A stretch of DNA of 63,716 nucleotides, the filler included, from Octopus bimaculoides (lineage: Eukaryota): NCBI RefSeq assembly GCF_001194135.2. It is 4 parts of 4 records of this genome, joined end to end, with 100 filler letters (N's around TTAATTAATTAA, not from the genome) between each part and the next. Parts side by side here need not be neighbours in the genome. Positions count along the whole stretch, not along the records: positions 61,668 to 63,716 come from NC_068984.1; 3 more parts are not named here. One strand, 5' to 3'. This document shows, piece after piece, positions 61,845-63,716 of the stretch. Each line of letters starts with the position of its first letter. Position 1 is the stretch's first letter. The notes under the pieces are model-generated. The model was not told the DNA's origin and made no database searches. It worked only from the letters and a program-made list of their open reading frames with translations. A program made the position numbers and the translations under genes.

Positions 61845-62220
61845 GACATAAGTACCAGTTGAATACTGGAGTCGATGTAATCGACTTACCCCTTCCGCGA
61901 AATTGCTGGCTTTGTGCCAATATTTGAAATCATCACCATCAACATCATCATCATCGTCATCATCATCGTCATCAACATCATTATCATCATCATTATCATC
62001 ATTAATATTATTATTATTAGGACGCTGGCCAAAACGCTTAGCGGTATTTCGTCCGTTTTCACGTTGTGAGTTCAAATTCTACCGAATCGACTTTGCCTTT
62101 CATCCTTTCGAGATCGATAAAACAAGCTGAGCACTGGAGCCGACGTAATCGACTAGCCGCCTCCCACAAAATTTCACACCTTGTGCCTATAATAGAAAAG
62201 ACTATTATTAATAATATTAT
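61845..62220 (+). mobile_element. Two family B SINE pieces separated by (ATC)n/(ATT)n
   Basis: TAAGTACCAGTTGAATACTGG tail piece, then a copy at 62020-62220. Confidence 0.8.
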
Positions 62221-63716
62221 TATTGATATCTATGGACAGGACAATCGCTTGACTTATCCCCCTATGATGTTTTCCAATTCCCTTTGATATTTTTCAATTA
62301 CTCCAAGCTAAAACAGATTCATGCCTCGACAATGACTATTATATTATTTTACTCATTATTCCGTTAAGACAACAACAACAACAACAACCGAATAACACAT
62401 AATTTACTTATGTTCCGTCCTGTCCAAGCTATTTATTTATTGATATGTATTGACAGGACAATTGTTTGACTTATCCTTTATCAGATTTTGTTCAATTCAC
62501 TTTGATCTTCTTCATTTACACAAGCTTAACTCGATTCATACGTCTCGACAATTGTGTTTCACACACACACACACACACCACACACACACACAGAGACACA
62601 CACAATTTGAATTACCCAATGATAACTAGGGTCATGCAGGTTAAGAGCAATTTATTTGGGTCAATCGCAGGCTAATGTAGTCATAATAAAAACAAACCAT
62701 AAAAAAATAAATAACCGCTTGATTCAAACTATCTATTATATATTTATTTATTTATCTATTTACTTAATTACTTATGTATTAATTTATTTCAGAAGTTTAT
62801 TTATACAGTTAAAAAACGAAATACAATTACACTGGAATCTGTACTTTAATGAGACTGCTGAAGTTTTGATTCCGGTGTAATTAAAGACTTGTGACGGCGT
62901 GTGGCTTAATAATTAGGGTGTTGCACTCACGATCGTAGAATCCTAATTTCGATTCCCAGAGCGGGTAGCACGTTGTGTTCTTGAGAAAAAAAAAACACCT
63001 TTCATTTCATGTTAGTCTACGATCATTCTGACGTGTGGTACCTGTGCAGGAGACGTCGACTTCATGGATGGAGTGAGAAAATATACAACACAAACATCTG
63101 ATGACTATAAACTAATTATCTGTGCAGAATCATCTTTCTCGGCCTCGTGAGATTATTAAGAAGGGGAGAAAATATTGAAATGGCAAGAATGACTTGAATA
63201 AAACGAATTGACAGAGCTGCTAGATTGTTGAATGGAATACGGTATTTTATCCGAATCTCTACATTCTGAATTTAAATCTCTACGAGATCAACTTTGCCTT
63301 TCAGACTTTCGGTGTCGACAGAAAAACAGCCCTAATCCAGAGCGGCGGATTGCCGGAACTGTTTGATTTTTATTTATTTTATTTTTTTTTTTGCATTCTA
63401 ACAACGACGACATTGGTTCCAGGCTGTGCCCTTTCCCTCATTATTGACGTAAAGAGGGAAGACATATAAGCATGGGAAACAATTAATCTTCCTCAGTCTT
63501 ATTCAGATCTGCGCATACATATGAAGATACATGATCAGCATATCCAATTTTTCCCTTTCAAAAATGGTTTGTAGATATCCGGTTTAATTTTTCCCAATTA
63601 TTTCATCTGTTTTTCCTTATTGAATTTTATTAATAACTTTTCTGATGTTCTTCCTAAATTTTTTCAAACTGAAGAGAATGACAATGCATAATTCTAATTC
63701 TAATTATTATTATCAT

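Overview
AT-rich, gap-ridden eukaryotic DNA, dominated by transposon relics and microsatellites. The SINE/MITE repertoire looks like octopus (coleoid cephalopod); this is inferred from recall of repeat families and not checked against a database. Three identical 100-bp spacers (44 N + TTAATTAATTAA + 44 N) split the window into four blocks whose true adjacency is unproven: 1-19296, 19397-38990, 39091-61567 and 61668-63716. I can identify no intact, nameable protein-coding gene, and almost all ORFs in the track are microsatellite or gap artefacts. Supported mobile content: at least six tRNA-headed SINE-like families (neutrally labelled A-F), Tc1/mariner and Tigger MITEs, a mariner with two 5' ends, a near full-length decayed Chapaev3-type transposon, nested TTAA (piggyBac-type) elements, an intron-containing Helitron derivative, and fragments of Penelope-like (PLE), L1/Tx1-like, R4/Dong-like, Harbinger and hAT elements. 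The most interesting signals are: (1) several minimal hammerhead-ribozyme motifs, including one at the end of a Pol III (B-box)-headed repeat; (2) a SINE variant whose 3' tail matches an L1/Tx1-like LINE end found in the same window; (3) strong CpG decay restricted to block 1, a probable gene-body methylation footprint, with candidate exons at 14.5-15.0 kb; (4) a 632-bp foldback element with ~169-bp near-perfect arms; (5) a coherent three-exon candidate gene start at 20.9-21.7 kb.
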